Origin: Escherichia coli | GTDB lineage: Bacteria > Pseudomonadota > Gammaproteobacteria > Enterobacterales > Enterobacteriaceae | DNA: 64,000 nt | Direction: 5' to 3' (one strand) | Assembly: GCF_044324875.1 (NCBI RefSeq) | Contig: NZ_CP172185.1 | Translations under genes and position numbers: made by a program | The notes under the pieces: model-generated | Databases searched by the model: none | Told to the model about the DNA's origin: nothing | Seen by the model: the letters and a program-made list of their open reading frames with translations, nothing else | In this document: one piece after another, positions 27,943-39,904 of the stretch | Layout of the letters: every line of letters starts with the position of its first letter | How positions within the stretch are numbered: position 1 is the first letter of the stretch

Positions 27943-29157
27943 ATGAAAAATCCCTATTACCCTACCGCACTGGGGTTGTATTTTAATTACCTGGTGCATG
28001 GTATGGGCGTCATTTTGATGAGCCTGAATATGGCCTCGCTGGAGACGCTTTGGCAGACTAATGCCGCGGGCGTCTCGATAGTTATCTCATCACTGGGCAT
28101 TGGTCGATTAAGTGTCTTGCTTTTTGCAGGATTATTATCCGATCGCTTTGGTCGCCGCCCTTTTATCATGCTCGGGATGTGCTGCTATATGGCCTTCTTT
28201 TTTGGCATCCTGCACACCAATAACATCATTATCGCTTATGTTTTTGGCTTTCTGGCGGGAATGGCAAACAGTTTTCTCGATGCAGGCACCTATCCCAGTT
28301 TGATGGAAGCTTTTCCACGCTCACCGGGTACAGCCAATATTTTAATTAAAGCATTTGTTTCCAGCGGGCAATTTTTATTACCGCTAATCATTAGCCTGTT
28401 AGTGTGGGCTGAACTGTGGTTCGGTTGGTCCTTTATGATTGCCGCAGGCATTATGTTTATTAACGCTCTGTTTTTATGCCGTTGTACGTTCCCACCCCAT
28501 CCGGGTCGTCGCTTACCTGTCATAAAGAAAACCACCAGCTCTACGGAACATCGCTGTTCAATTATCGATTTAGCCAGTTATACCTTATATGGCTATATCT
28601 CAATGGCAACGTTTTATCTGGTTAGCCAGTGGCTGGCACAGTACGGACAATTTGTTGCAGGCATGTCATACACTATGTCGATCAAACTACTTAGTATCTA
28701 CACCGTGGGTTCGCTGCTTTGTGTATTTATTACCGCTCCACTCATTCGTAATACCGTTCGCCCAACAACATTACTGATGCTGTACACCTTTATCTCATTT
28801 ATTGCTCTGTTTACCGTCTGCCTGCATCCCACATTTTATGTGGTGATAATATTTGCTTTTGTCATTGGTTTTACCTCTGCTGGAGGTGTTGTGCAAATTG
28901 GCCTGACGTTAATGGCTGAACGTTTCCCCTATGCTAAAGGTAAAGCTACAGGGATCTATTACAGTGCGGGCAGTATTGCAACATTTACCATTCCGTTGAT
29001 TACGGCTCATCTGTCCCAAAGAAGTATTGCCGATATTATGTGGTTCGATACCGCCATCGCTGCCATCGGCTTTTTACTGGCACTGTTTATCGGCTTACGC
29101 AGCCGCAAAGAAACGCGGCATCACTCGCTAAAGGAAAATGTCGCTCCGGGTGGGTAA
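27943..29157 (+). CDS. ydiM: MFS transporter
   Basis: 404-aa 12-TM-like ORF. Confidence 0.85.
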   Translation: MKNPYYPTALGLYFNYLVHGMGVILMSLNMASLETLWQTNAAGVSIVISSLGIGRLSVLLFAGLLSDRFGRRPFIMLGMCCYMAFFFGILHTNNIIIAYVFGFLAGMANSFLDAGTYPSLMEAFPRSPGTANILIKAFVSSGQFLLPLIISLLVWAELWFGWSFMIAAGIMFINALFLCRCTFPPHPGRRLPVIKKTTSSTEHRCSIIDLASYTLYGYISMATFYLVSQWLAQYGQFVAGMSYTMSIKLLSIYTVGSLLCVFITAPLIRNTVRPTTLLMLYTFISFIALFTVCLHPTFYVVIIFAFVIGFTSAGGVVQIGLTLMAERFPYAKGKATGIYYSAGSIATFTIPLITAHLSQRSIADIMWFDTAIAAIGFLLALFIGLRSRKETRHHSLKENVAPGG

Positions 29158-29383
29158 TGCAATATTCTTTTCAGGTCATGCAAGATCTTACGGATAAATA
29201 ACTCTTTCTGCGCTAACTAAGGAAAATCGCGATCAAAAACAAACTATGACATGCAATATTCCTGGAAACATAAACTTTATGCCATGTACCCAGGGAAAAT
29301 CATCTTCAGTATAGTAATTATGTAAACCGTCGGAGAACAATACGTACGGTAACGAAATTATCTTTCAGCAAGGAGCTGTGAAA

Positions 29384-30649
29384 ATGTCTCAAAATAAGGC
29401 TTTCAGCACGCCATTTATCCTGGCTGTTCTTTGTATTTACTTCAGCTATTTCCTGCACGGCATTAGTGTTATTACGCTTGCCCAAAATATGTCATCTCTG
29501 GCAGAAAAGTTTTCCACTGACAACGCGGGCATTGCCTATTTAATTTCCGGTATCGGTTTGGGGCGATTGATCAGTATTTTATTCTTCGGTGTGATCTCCG
29601 ATAAGTTTGGTCGTCGGGCGGTAATATTAATGGCAGTAATAATGTATCTGCTATTCTTCTTTGGTATCCCTGCTTGCCCGAATTTAACTCTCGCCTACTG
29701 TCTGGCAGTGTGCGTAGGTATCGCTAACTCAGCGCTGGATACGGGTGGCTACCCCGCGCTCATGGAATGCTTTCCGAAAGCCTCTGGTTCGGCGGTCATA
29801 CTGGTTAAAGCGATGGTGTCATTCGGGCAAATGTTCTACCCAATGCTGGTGAGCTATATGTTGCTCAATAACATCTGGTACGGCTATGGGCTGATTATTC
29901 CGGGTATTCTGTTTGTACTGATCACACTGATGCTGTTGAAAAGCAAATTCCCCAGCCAGTTGGTGGACGCCAGCGTAGCTCATGAATTACCGCAAATGAA
30001 CAGCAAACCGTTAGTCTGGCTGGAAGGTGTTTCATCGGTACTGTTCGGTGTAGCCGCATTCTCGACCTTTTATGTGATTGTGGTGTGGATGCCCAAATAT
30101 GCGATGGCTTTTGCTGGTATGTCAGAAGCTGAAGCATTAAAAACCATCTCTTATTACAGTATGGGCTCGTTGGTCTGTGTCTTTATTTTTGCCGCACTAC
30201 TGAAAAAAATGGTCCGGCCCATCTGGGCTAATGTATTTAACTCTGCACTGGCCACAATAACAGCAGCCATTATCTACCTGTACCCTTCTCCACTGGTGTG
30301 TAATGCCGGAGCCTTTGTTATCGGTTTCTCAGCAGCTGGCGGCATTTTACAGCTCGGCGTTTCGGTCATGTCAGAGTTTTTCCCCAAAAGCAAAGCCAAA
30401 GTCACCAGTATTTATATGATGATGGGTGGACTGGCTAACTTTGTTATTCCGCTGATTACCGGTTATCTGTCGAACATCGGCCTGCAATATATCATTGCTC
30501 TCGATTTTACTTTCGCGCTGCTGGCCCTGATTACCGCAATTATTGTCTTTATCCGCTATTACCGCGTTTTCATTATTCCTGAAAATGATGTGCGGTTTGG
30601 CGAGCGTAAATTTAGCACCCGGTTAAACACAATTAAGCATAGAGGTTAA
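29384..30649 (+). CDS. ydiN: MFS transporter
   Basis: Paralogous to ydiM; start at MSQNKAF. Confidence 0.8.
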   Translation: MSQNKAFSTPFILAVLCIYFSYFLHGISVITLAQNMSSLAEKFSTDNAGIAYLISGIGLGRLISILFFGVISDKFGRRAVILMAVIMYLLFFFGIPACPNLTLAYCLAVCVGIANSALDTGGYPALMECFPKASGSAVILVKAMVSFGQMFYPMLVSYMLLNNIWYGYGLIIPGILFVLITLMLLKSKFPSQLVDASVAHELPQMNSKPLVWLEGVSSVLFGVAAFSTFYVIVVWMPKYAMAFAGMSEAEALKTISYYSMGSLVCVFIFAALLKKMVRPIWANVFNSALATITAAIIYLYPSPLVCNAGAFVIGFSAAGGILQLGVSVMSEFFPKSKAKVTSIYMMMGGLANFVIPLITGYLSNIGLQYIIALDFTFALLALITAIIVFIRYYRVFIIPENDVRFGERKFSTRLNTIKHRG

Positions 30650-30660
30650 AGGAGTTAATT

Positions 30661-31527
30661 ATGGATGTTACCGCAAAATACGAATTGATTGGGCTGATGG
30701 CCTATCCCATCCGCCACAGTTTATCGCCTGAAATGCAGAATAAAGCCTTAGAAAAAGCGGGATTGCCATTTACCTATATGGCCTTTGAAGTGGATAACGA
30801 TAGTTTTCCCGGAGCAATTGAAGGATTAAAAGCCCTCAAAATGCGCGGAACTGGTGTATCAATGCCGAACAAACAACTGGCGTGTGAATATGTTGATGAA
30901 TTAACGCCAGCGGCCAAACTGGTGGGTGCCATCAACACCATCGTTAATGATGATGGCTATCTGCGTGGCTATAACACCGACGGCACGGGCCATATTCGCG
31001 CCATTAAAGAGAGCGGTTTTGATATCAAAGGCAAAACAATGGTGCTGCTGGGTGCCGGCGGTGCCTCAACGGCAATTGGCGCGCAGGGGGCAATTGAAGG
31101 TTTAAAAGAAATTAAACTCTTTAACCGTCGGGATGAGTTCTTCGATAAAGCCCTCGCCTTCGCGCAGCGGGTTAATGAAAACACCGATTGTGTCGTCACG
31201 GTCACCGATCTCGCCGATCAGCAAGCCTTTGCTGAAGCCCTGGCTTCCGCCGACATTTTAACCAATGGCACAAAAGTGGGCATGAACCCCCTTGAGAATG
31301 AATCATTGGTTAATGATATCAGTCTGTTACATCCGGGACTTCTGGTCACTGAATGCGTGTATAACCCGCATATGACGAAGTTATTGCAGCAGGCGCAACA
31401 AGCTGGTTGCAAAACGATTGATGGATACGGCATGTTGTTGTGGCAAGGGGCTGAACAGTTCACGTTATGGACTGGCAAAGATTTCCCTCTGGAATATGTT
31501 AAACAGGTCATGGGGTTCGGTGCCTGA
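30661..31527 (+). CDS. ydiB: quinate/shikimate 5-dehydrogenase
   Basis: 288-aa AroE-like ORF with LGAGGAS Rossmann motif. Confidence 0.9.
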   Translation: MDVTAKYELIGLMAYPIRHSLSPEMQNKALEKAGLPFTYMAFEVDNDSFPGAIEGLKALKMRGTGVSMPNKQLACEYVDELTPAAKLVGAINTIVNDDGYLRGYNTDGTGHIRAIKESGFDIKGKTMVLLGAGGASTAIGAQGAIEGLKEIKLFNRRDEFFDKALAFAQRVNENTDCVVTVTDLADQQAFAEALASADILTNGTKVGMNPLENESLVNDISLLHPGLLVTECVYNPHMTKLLQQAQQAGCKTIDGYGMLLWQGAEQFTLWTGKDFPLEYVKQVMGFGA

Positions 31528-31557
31528 CAGGCTGACCGCGTGCAGAAAGGGTAAAAA

Positions 31558-32316
31558 ATGAAAACCGTAACTGTAAAAGATCTCGTCATTGGTACGGGCG
31601 CACCTAAAATCATCGTCTCGCTGATGGCGAAAGATATCGCCAGCGTGAAATCCGAAGCTCTCGCCTATCGTGAAGCGGACTTTGATATTCTGGAATGGCG
31701 TGTGGACCACTATGCCGACCTCTCCAATGTGGAGTCTGTCATGGCGGCAGCAAAAATTCTCCGTGAAACCATGCCAGAAAAACCGCTGCTGTTTACCTTC
31801 CGCAGTGCCAAAGAAGGCGGCGAGCAGGCGATTTCCACCGAGGCTTATATTGCACTCAATCGTGCAGCCATCGACAGCGGCCTGGTTGATATAATCGATC
31901 TGGAGTTATTTACCGGCGATGATCAGGTTAAAGAAACCGTCGCCTACGCCCACGCGCATGATGTGAAAGTTGTCATGTCCAACCATGACTTCCATAAAAC
32001 GCCGGAAGCCGAAGAAATCATTGCCCGTCTGCGCAAAATGCAGTCCTTCGATGCCGATATTCCTAAGATTGCGCTGATGCCGCAAAGTACCAGCGATGTG
32101 CTGACGTTGCTTGCTGCGACCCTGGAGATGCAGGAGCAGTATGCCGATCGTCCAATCATCACGATGTCAATGGCAAAAACTGGCGTAATTTCTCGTCTGG
32201 CTGGTGAAGTATTTGGCTCGGCGGCAACTTTTGGTGCGGTAAAAAAAGCCTCTGCACCAGGGCAAATCTCGGTAAATGATTTGCGCACAGTATTAACTAT
32301 TTTACATCAGGCATAA
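31558..32316 (+). CDS. aroD: 3-dehydroquinate dehydratase, type I
   Basis: [27 protein letters not shown]...; 252 aa. Confidence 0.92.
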   Translation: MKTVTVKDLVIGTGAPKIIVSLMAKDIASVKSEALAYREADFDILEWRVDHYADLSNVESVMAAAKILRETMPEKPLLFTFRSAKEGGEQAISTEAYIALNRAAIDSGLVDIIDLELFTGDDQVKETVAYAHAHDVKVVMSNHDFHKTPEAEEIIARLRKMQSFDADIPKIALMPQSTSDVLTLLAATLEMQEQYADRPIITMSMAKTGVISRLAGEVFGSAATFGAVKKASAPGQISVNDLRTVLTILHQA

Positions 32317-32460
32317 GCAATAATATTTCGGCGGGAATATCCTCCCCCGCCGAACTAAAAAAATATATTTAACCGTATTTAATAAAAATATTTCGTGAGT
32401 CTCTGTGCGCTAATTCTCCATCTGGCGTAGGGAAAATCACATCTGAATCAGGAATTAACA

Positions 32461-34056
32461 ATGAAACCTGTAAAACCACCTCGTATTAATGGACGAGTGC
32501 CGGTCCTGTCGGCACAGGAAGCGGTGAATTATATTCCCGACGAAGCAACACTTTGTGTGTTAGGCGCTGGCGGCGGTATTCTGGAAGCCACCACGTTAAT
32601 TACAGCTCTTGCTGATAAATATAAACAGACTCAAACGCCACGTAATTTATCGATTATTAGTCCGACAGGGCTTGGCGATCGCGCCGACCGTGGTATTAGT
32701 CCGCTGGCGCAAGAAGGTCTGGTGAAATGGGCATTATGCGGTCACTGGGGACAATCGCCGCGTATTTCTGATCTCGCAGAACAAAATAAAATTATTGCTT
32801 ATAACTATCCACAAGGTGTACTTACACAAACCTTACGCGCCGCCGCAGCCCACCAGCCTGGTATTATTAGTGATATTGGCATCGGGACATTTGTAGATCC
32901 ACGCCAGCAAGGCGGCAAACTGAATGAAGTCACTAAAGAAGACCTGATTAAACTGGTCGAGTTTGATAACCAAGAATATCTCTATTACAAAGCGATTGCG
33001 CCAGATATCGCCTTCATTCGCGCTACCACCTGCGACAGCGAAGGCTACGCCACTTTTGAAGATGAGGTGATGTATCTCGACGCATTGGTTATTGCCCAGG
33101 CGGTGCACAATAACGGCGGTATTGTGATGATGCAGGTGCAGAAAATGGTTAAGAAAGCCACGCTGCATCCTAAATCTGTCCGTATTCCGGGTTATCTGGT
33201 GGATATTGTGGTGGTCGATCCGGATCAAACCCAACTGTATGGCGGTGCGCCGGTTAACCGCTTTATTTCTGGTGACTTCACCCTTGATGACAGCACCAAA
33301 CTTAGCCTGCCCCTAAACCAACGTAAATTAGTTGCACGGCGCGCATTATTCGAAATGCGTAAAGGCGCGGTGGGGAATGTCGGCGTCGGTATTGCTGACG
33401 GCATTGGCCTGGTCGCCCGGGAAGAAGGTTGTGCTGATGACTTTATTCTGACGGTAGAAACAGGTCCGATTGGCGGAATTACTTCACAGGGTATCGCCTT
33501 TGGCGCGAACGTGAATACCCGCGCCATTCTGGATATGACGTCCCAGTTTGATTTTTATCACGGTGGTGGTCTGGATGTTTGTTATTTGAGTTTTGCTGAA
33601 GTCGACCAGCACGGTAACGTCGGCGTGCATAAATTCAATGGCAAAATCATGGGCACCGGTGGATTTATTGATATCAGTGCCACTTCGAAGAAAATCGTTT
33701 TCTGCGGCACATTAACTGCGGGCAGTTTAAAAACAGAAATTACCGACGGCAAATTAAATATCGTCCAGGAAGGACGGGTGAAGAAATTTATTCGGGAACT
33801 ACCGGAAATTACTTTCAGCGGAAAAATCGCTCTCGAGCGAGGGCTGGATGTTCGTTATATCACTGAGCGCGCAGTATTCACGCTGAAAGAAGACGGCCTG
33901 CATTTAATCGAAATCGCCCCTGGCGTCGATTTACAAAAAGATATTCTCGACAAAATGGATTTCACCCCAGTGATTTCGCCAGAACTCAAACTGATGGACG
34001 AAAGATTATTTATCGATGCGGCGATGGGTTTTGTCCTGCCTGAAGCGGCTCATTAA
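32461..34056 (+). CDS. ydiF: fused CoA-transferase (alpha/beta)
   Basis: 531-aa ORF. Confidence 0.85.
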   Translation: MKPVKPPRINGRVPVLSAQEAVNYIPDEATLCVLGAGGGILEATTLITALADKYKQTQTPRNLSIISPTGLGDRADRGISPLAQEGLVKWALCGHWGQSPRISDLAEQNKIIAYNYPQGVLTQTLRAAAAHQPGIISDIGIGTFVDPRQQGGKLNEVTKEDLIKLVEFDNQEYLYYKAIAPDIAFIRATTCDSEGYATFEDEVMYLDALVIAQAVHNNGGIVMMQVQKMVKKATLHPKSVRIPGYLVDIVVVDPDQTQLYGGAPVNRFISGDFTLDDSTKLSLPLNQRKLVARRALFEMRKGAVGNVGVGIADGIGLVAREEGCADDFILTVETGPIGGITSQGIAFGANVNTRAILDMTSQFDFYHGGGLDVCYLSFAEVDQHGNVGVHKFNGKIMGTGGFIDISATSKKIVFCGTLTAGSLKTEITDGKLNIVQEGRVKKFIRELPEITFSGKIALERGLDVRYITERAVFTLKEDGLHLIEIAPGVDLQKDILDKMDFTPVISPELKLMDERLFIDAAMGFVLPEAAH

Positions 34057-34069
34057 CAGGAGTATCACG

Positions 34070-35212
34070 ATGGATTTTTCTTTAACTGAAGAACAAGAAC
34101 TGCTGCTGGCCAGTATTCGCGAACTGATTACGACTAACTTTCCGGAAGAGTATTTCCGCACCTGCGATCAAAACGGGACATACCCGCGTGAATTTATGCG
34201 GGCACTGGCGGATAACGGTATTTCCATGCTTGGCGTGCCGGAAGAATTTGGTGGTATCCCTGCGGATTACGTCACCCAAATGCTGGCGCTGATGGAAGTG
34301 TCAAAATGCGGTGCCCCGGCATTTTTGATCACCAACGGTCAATGTATTCACAGTATGCGCCGTTTCGGTTCTGCAGAGCAGCTACGTAAAACGGCGGAAA
34401 GCACCCTGGAAACGGGTGATCCCGCCTATGCCCTGGCATTGACGGAACCAGGCGCAGGCTCAGATAACAACAGCGCCACCACCACTTACACGCGTAAAAA
34501 CGGCAAGGTTTACATCAACGGCCAGAAAACCTTTATTACCGGTGCGAAAGAGTACCCGTATATGCTGGTGCTGGCGCGCGATCCGCAACCGACAGATCCC
34601 AAAAAAGCCTTCACCCTGTGGTGGGTCGACTCCAGTAAGCCCGGCATTAAGATTAACCCGCTGCATAAAATCGGCTGGCATATGCTCAGCACCTGCGAAG
34701 TCTATCTCGACAACGTGGAAGTTGAAGAGAGCGACATGGTGGGCGAAGAAGGAATGGGTTTCCTCAATGTGATGTATAACTTTGAGATGGAGCGCCTGAT
34801 CAACGCCGCGCGCAGCACCGGCTTTGCCGAGTGTGCCTTTGAAGATGCCGCCCGCTATGCCAACCAGCGTATCGCTTTTGGTAAACCCATTGGTCATAAC
34901 CAGATGATCCAGGAAAAACTGGCGCTGATGGCGATTAAGATCGACAACATGCGCAACATGGTGTTGAAAGTGGCATGGCAAGCCGATCAGCATCAGTCAC
35001 TGCGCACCAGCGCGGCGCTGGCAAAACTGTACTGCGCACGTACCGCAATGGAAGTTATTGATGATGCGATTCAAATCATGGGCGGTCTGGGCTATACCGA
35101 TGAGGCGCGCGTCTCTCGCTTCTGGCGTGATGTCCGTTGTGAACGTATCGGCGGCGGTACAGACGAAATTATGATTTACGTAGCGGGTCGGCAGATCCTG
35201 AAAGATTATTAG
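34070..35212 (+). CDS. ydiO: acyl-CoA dehydrogenase
   Basis: Start at MDFSLTEEQELL (383 aa); ACAD-family sequence. Confidence 0.85.
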   Translation: MDFSLTEEQELLLASIRELITTNFPEEYFRTCDQNGTYPREFMRALADNGISMLGVPEEFGGIPADYVTQMLALMEVSKCGAPAFLITNGQCIHSMRRFGSAEQLRKTAESTLETGDPAYALALTEPGAGSDNNSATTTYTRKNGKVYINGQKTFITGAKEYPYMLVLARDPQPTDPKKAFTLWWVDSSKPGIKINPLHKIGWHMLSTCEVYLDNVEVEESDMVGEEGMGFLNVMYNFEMERLINAARSTGFAECAFEDAARYANQRIAFGKPIGHNQMIQEKLALMAIKIDNMRNMVLKVAWQADQHQSLRTSAALAKLYCARTAMEVIDDAIQIMGGLGYTDEARVSRFWRDVRCERIGGGTDEIMIYVAGRQILKDY

Positions 35213-35263
35213 AACAAATAATCTGCAGGCGGCGCAGCTTCTTAACAAACTGCGCCGCCAGAT

Positions 35264-36175
35264 TTATCCAACAAGACTTACCGGTTGAGGAAATTCAGAT
35301 AAGATTTCTTGTTCCGCAAAACAGTTTTTAAATTGCCTGCGGTAATCGCTGGGCGAACAGCCGACATGGCGCAAAAACAGTTTGGCAAAGTGATCGACAT
35401 TTTCATAACCCACACGCCAGGAGATCTCTGCCTGTGATAATTCAGTATTAGTGAGTGACCATTTCGCTTCCGTCATACGCCGTTGAATAACATAGTTAAT
35501 AGGGGAAATGCGATACTCTTTGGTAAATTCATGGCAAATATAACTGACGCTGGCACGAAACTTTTTCGATAACTGCTCTAAAGTGATTTTTTCGCGATAG
35601 TTATTATTCAGATAGAAAAGAATATCTTTTATCAGAACATCTTTTTTAATATATCCCTGCTCCGAACGATAAGCATTTTTAAAGTTTTCGTAGTAAAGAA
35701 TTGCTAACGTATAGGCAAAGGCGTCCCATAACGAAGATGTTTGGCTATTTTTACTTTGCGGCAAAATCACACTTAGCTCATTAAATAAGGTTTTAATGAC
35801 TTCTTTTCCCTGCCCTGCGGCAATTACCGGGCAAGAATGCGGTTGCAGTAGCTGATTTTCCTCAGCCCCCTGAAACTGAAAGCCGTACAGCGCACAGGTA
35901 CACGTCGTTGCCGGATCGTTAACGTCAGAGGCCACCGCATGCAGCCTGCCACGTTCTATCACCACAATGTCATCGGCGTGCGCGACATATAACGAAGAAT
36001 CGATGGTAAACCTTGCTACCCCTTTCTTGACGTAAATCAACTCAGTTTCATTGTCATGAACGTGATGTCCGGACTCCCATTTTGGATCATCGCTAAATGC
36101 AAAACGTGAAAGCCGTGGCGTTTTACCGGCGACAAACAGCGTTTCGCTGGCGTTATCAAAACAGTGTTGATACAT
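35264..36175 (-). CDS. ydiP: AraC-family transcriptional regulator
   Basis: 303-aa ORF with C-terminal AraC HTH. Confidence 0.85.
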   Translation of the reverse strand: MYQHCFDNASETLFVAGKTPRLSRFAFSDDPKWESGHHVHDNETELIYVKKGVARFTIDSSLYVAHADDIVVIERGRLHAVASDVNDPATTCTCALYGFQFQGAEENQLLQPHSCPVIAAGQGKEVIKTLFNELSVILPQSKNSQTSSLWDAFAYTLAILYYENFKNAYRSEQGYIKKDVLIKDILFYLNNNYREKITLEQLSKKFRASVSYICHEFTKEYRISPINYVIQRRMTEAKWSLTNTELSQAEISWRVGYENVDHFAKLFLRHVGCSPSDYRRQFKNCFAEQEILSEFPQPVSLVG

Positions 36176-36490
36176 GACAACCTCCCTATTCCATGAGCAA
36201 GCAAAAACAATATATGCCGGATAAAATACGGCGTGTATTGCGGTTATACAACCGCGTTTAGCGAGAGCTAAACAAGATTATTTACACTGAATGCAAGATT
36301 GTACGGTCATGGAATAACTATATTGCCGCAAATTGTACTTTTGTTTTAGCGATCGCATTTTTTTTGCAAGATTGTTGGCAAGGAAAACAGCTTGCTCCGT
36401 CGAAAACCCCGCACCGCTATCGCACACTATTTTCAGACCATTTTTACCTTCCATCGGAGATGGTTCCGTATGCGACTCACAGGAGAAATC

Positions 36491-37255
36491 ATGAAAATAA
36501 TAACCTGCTTTAAGCTGGTGCCTGAAGAACAGGACATTGTTGTCACTCCAGAATATACCCTGAATTTCGACAATGCCGACGCCAAAATCAGCCAGTTCGA
36601 TCTCAATGCCATTGAAGCTGCAAGCCAGATTGCAACAGATGACGATGAGATAGCCGCGCTGACCATTGGCGGCTCATTGTTGCAGAACTCGAAAGTGCGT
36701 AAAGACGTGCTATCCCGCGGGCCGCACAGCCTGTATTTGGTGCAGGATGCGCAACTTGAACATGCACTACCTCTCGATACCGCAAAAGCACTGGCGGCAG
36801 CAGTTGAAAAGATCGGCTTCGATTTACTGATCTTTGGTGAAGGTTCCGGCGACCTTTATGCCCAGCAGGTTGGCTTGCTGGTCGGAGAAATTCTGCAACT
36901 TCCGGTGATTAATGCAGTGAGTGCTATTCAGCGTCAGGGCAATACACTGGTGATTGAACGCACGCTTGAAGATGATGTTGAAGTTATTGAGCTCTCTGTT
37001 CCAGCCGTGCTCTGCGTCACCTCCGATATTAACATGCCACGCATTCCTTCGATGAAAGCCATTCTCGGCGCGGGTAAAAAACCGATAAATCAGTGGCAGG
37101 CAAGTGACATTGGCTGGAGCCAGAGCGCGCCACTTGCTGAACTGACCGGCATTCGCGTACCGCCGCAAACAGAACGTAAGCACATCATTCTCGATAACGA
37201 TTCGCCGGAGGCCATTGCCGAGCTGGCGGAACATCTGAAAAAAGCCCTGAACTGA
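36491..37255 (+). CDS. ydiQ: electron-transfer flavoprotein beta subunit (FixA-like)
   Basis: Start at MKIITCFKLVPEE (254 aa). Confidence 0.85.
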   Translation: MKIITCFKLVPEEQDIVVTPEYTLNFDNADAKISQFDLNAIEAASQIATDDDEIAALTIGGSLLQNSKVRKDVLSRGPHSLYLVQDAQLEHALPLDTAKALAAAVEKIGFDLLIFGEGSGDLYAQQVGLLVGEILQLPVINAVSAIQRQGNTLVIERTLEDDVEVIELSVPAVLCVTSDINMPRIPSMKAILGAGKKPINQWQASDIGWSQSAPLAELTGIRVPPQTERKHIILDNDSPEAIAELAEHLKKALN

Positions 37256-37274
37256 AGCCTACGGAGAAGAAACG

Positions 37275-38213
37275 ATGAGTCAATTAAACAGCGTCTGGGT
37301 CTTTAGCGATAATCCTGAACGTTATGCTGAACTGTTTGGCGGCGCTCAGCAATGGGGCCAACAGGTGTATGCCATTGTACAAAATACCGACCAGGCGCAG
37401 GCAGTTATGCCTTATGGTCCAAAATGTATTTATGTTCTTGAGCAAAATGATGCGCTGCAACGTACTGAAAATTACGCCGAAAGCATTGCTGCCCTGCTGA
37501 AAGATAAACATCCTTCTATGTTGCTGCTGGCCGCGACGAAACGCGGTAAAGCTCTGGCAGCACGGTTAAGTGTGCAACTGAATGCGGCGCTGGTGAACGA
37601 TGCCACTGCGGTGGATATTGTCGATGGTCACATTTGCGCCGAACACCGGATGTATGGCGGGTTAGCGTTCGCACAGGAAAAGATCAATAGCCCGCTGGCG
37701 ATCATTACCCTTGCGCCCGGTGTTCAGGAACCGTGCACCAGTGATACCTCTCATCAGTGCCCGACAGAAACGGTACCTTATGTTGCCCCGCGTCATGAAA
37801 TTCTCTGTCGCGAACGCCGTGCGAAAGCGGCAAGCAGCGTGGACCTGAGCAAAGCAAAACGTGTGGTTGGCGTCGGTCGTGGTCTGGCAGCGCAGGATGA
37901 CCTGAAAATGGTCCACGAACTGGCGGCGGTGCTGAATGCTGAAGTCGGCTGTTCACGTCCAATTGCCGAAGGCGAGAACTGGATGGAGCGTGAACGTTAT
38001 ATCGGTGTCTCCGGCGTGTTGCTGAAATCCGATCTCTACCTGACGCTGGGGATCTCCGGGCAGATCCAGCATATGGTTGGCGGCAACGGCGCAAAAGTGA
38101 TTGTCGCCATCAATAAAGATAAAAATGCGCCAATCTTCAACTATGCCGACTACGGTCTGGTGGGCGATATCTACAAAGTCGTCCCTGCCCTGATTAGCCA
38201 GTTGAGCCGCTAA
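37275..38213 (+). CDS. ydiR: electron-transfer flavoprotein alpha subunit (FixB-like)
   Basis: 312-aa ORF. Confidence 0.85.
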   Translation: MSQLNSVWVFSDNPERYAELFGGAQQWGQQVYAIVQNTDQAQAVMPYGPKCIYVLEQNDALQRTENYAESIAALLKDKHPSMLLLAATKRGKALAARLSVQLNAALVNDATAVDIVDGHICAEHRMYGGLAFAQEKINSPLAIITLAPGVQEPCTSDTSHQCPTETVPYVAPRHEILCRERRAKAASSVDLSKAKRVVGVGRGLAAQDDLKMVHELAAVLNAEVGCSRPIAEGENWMERERYIGVSGVLLKSDLYLTLGISGQIQHMVGGNGAKVIVAINKDKNAPIFNYADYGLVGDIYKVVPALISQLSR

Positions 38214-38268
38214 TTCCCCTTTCAACCACATCTCCCGCTGTAAACGCAGCGGGAAGGGAGCATAACGC

Positions 38269-39558
38269 ATGTCGGATGACAAATTTGATGCCATTGTGGT
38301 CGGTGCGGGCGTTGCTGGTAGCGTTGCCGCACTGGTCATGGCGCGAGCCGGGCTGGATGTCCTGGTGATAGAACGCGGCGACAGTGCCGGATGTAAAAAC
38401 ATGACCGGCGGGCGTCTTTATGCCCACACACTTGAAGCGATTATTCCAGGCTTTGCAGCATCAGCGCCGGTAGAACGCAAGGTCACACGCGAGAAAATCT
38501 CCTTCTTAACCGAAGAGAGTGCCGTTACCCTCGATTTTCACCGCGAGCAACCAGATGTTCCGCAACACGCGTCTTATACCGTATTGCGTAATCGTCTGGA
38601 CCCGTGGTTGATGGATCAAGCCGAACAGGCTGGCGCGCAGTTTATCCCGGGCGTTCGTGTCGATGCGCTGGTTCGTGAAGGAAACAAGGTCACTGGCGTG
38701 CAGGCCGGGGATGATATTCTCGAAGCGAATGTGGTGATTCTGGCTGATGGCGTTAACTCGATGCTTGGCCGCTCGCTGGGAATGGTTCCCGCTTCCGATC
38801 CGCATCATTACGCTGTTGGTGTTAAAGAGGTTATTGGCCTCACACCAGAACAGATCAACGATCGCTTTAATGTTACGGGCGAGGAAGGTGCCGCCTGGCT
38901 GTTTGCCGGTTCCCCTTCGGACGGCCTGATGGGTGGCGGATTCCTCTATACCAACAATGATTCCGTATCGTTGGGGCTGGTTTGTGGATTGGGTGATATC
39001 GCCCATGCGCAAAAAAGTGTGCCGCAAATGCTGGAAGATTTTAAACAACACCCCGCCATTCGCCCGCTGATTAGCGGCGGCAAACTGCTTGAATACTCCG
39101 CGCATATGGTACCGGAAGGCGGTCTGGCGATGGTGCCGCAGCTGGTTAACGATGGCGTGATTATCGTTGGTGACGCCGCAGGCTTCTGCCTGAATTTGGG
39201 TTTTACGGTCCGCGGCATGGATTTAGCCATTGCATCGGCTCAGGCTGCCGCCACAACGGTGATCGCCGCCAAAGAACGCGCGGATTTCTCCGCCAGCAGT
39301 CTTGCGCAATACAAACGTGAGCTGGAACAAAGCTGCGTCATGCGTGATATGCAGCATTTTCGCAAGATCCCGGCGCTGATGGAAAATCCGCGCCTGTTTA
39401 GTCAGTATCCGCGCATGGTCGCCGACATCATGAACGATATGTTCACCATTGACGGCAAACCAAACCAGCCGGTACGCAAAATGATCATGGGACACGCGAA
39501 GAAAATTGGGCTGATCAACTTGCTGAAAGATGGCATTAAGGGAGCAACCGCGCTATGA
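38269..39558 (+). CDS. ydiS: ETF-quinone oxidoreductase-like flavoprotein (FixC-like)
   Basis: N-terminal AIVVGAGVAGS FAD motif; 429 aa. Confidence 0.85.
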   Translation: MSDDKFDAIVVGAGVAGSVAALVMARAGLDVLVIERGDSAGCKNMTGGRLYAHTLEAIIPGFAASAPVERKVTREKISFLTEESAVTLDFHREQPDVPQHASYTVLRNRLDPWLMDQAEQAGAQFIPGVRVDALVREGNKVTGVQAGDDILEANVVILADGVNSMLGRSLGMVPASDPHHYAVGVKEVIGLTPEQINDRFNVTGEEGAAWLFAGSPSDGLMGGGFLYTNNDSVSLGLVCGLGDIAHAQKSVPQMLEDFKQHPAIRPLISGGKLLEYSAHMVPEGGLAMVPQLVNDGVIIVGDAAGFCLNLGFTVRGMDLAIASAQAAATTVIAAKERADFSASSLAQYKRELEQSCVMRDMQHFRKIPALMENPRLFSQYPRMVADIMNDMFTIDGKPNQPVRKMIMGHAKKIGLINLLKDGIKGATAL

Positions 39559-39848
39559 GCCAGAACGCTACGGTTAACGTCGACATCAAATTAGGCGTCA
39601 ATAAATTCCATGTTGATGAGGGCCACCCGCATATCATTTTGGCGGCAAATCCCGATATCAATGAATTCCGTAAATTAATGAAAGCCTGCCCTGCCGGACT
39701 TTATAAGCAGGATGATGCCGGCAACATTCATTTTGATTCTGCCGGTTGTCTGGAGTGCGGCACCTGTCGGGTGCTGTGCGGTAACACTATTCTCGAACAG
39801 TGGCAATATCCCGCAGGCACCTTCGGTATTGATTTTCGCTACGGCTAA
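39555..39848 (+). CDS. ydiT: ferredoxin-like protein (FixX-like)
   Basis: 97-aa ORF with CLECGTCRVLC motif; 4-bp overlap with ydiS. Confidence 0.85.
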   Translation: MSQNATVNVDIKLGVNKFHVDEGHPHIILAANPDINEFRKLMKACPAGLYKQDDAGNIHFDSAGCLECGTCRVLCGNTILEQWQYPAGTFGIDFRYG

Positions 39849-39904
39849 TCATGCATCCCACAGGCCCGCATCTCGGGCCTGATGCTCTGTTTCGAGAGTC
39901 CAAA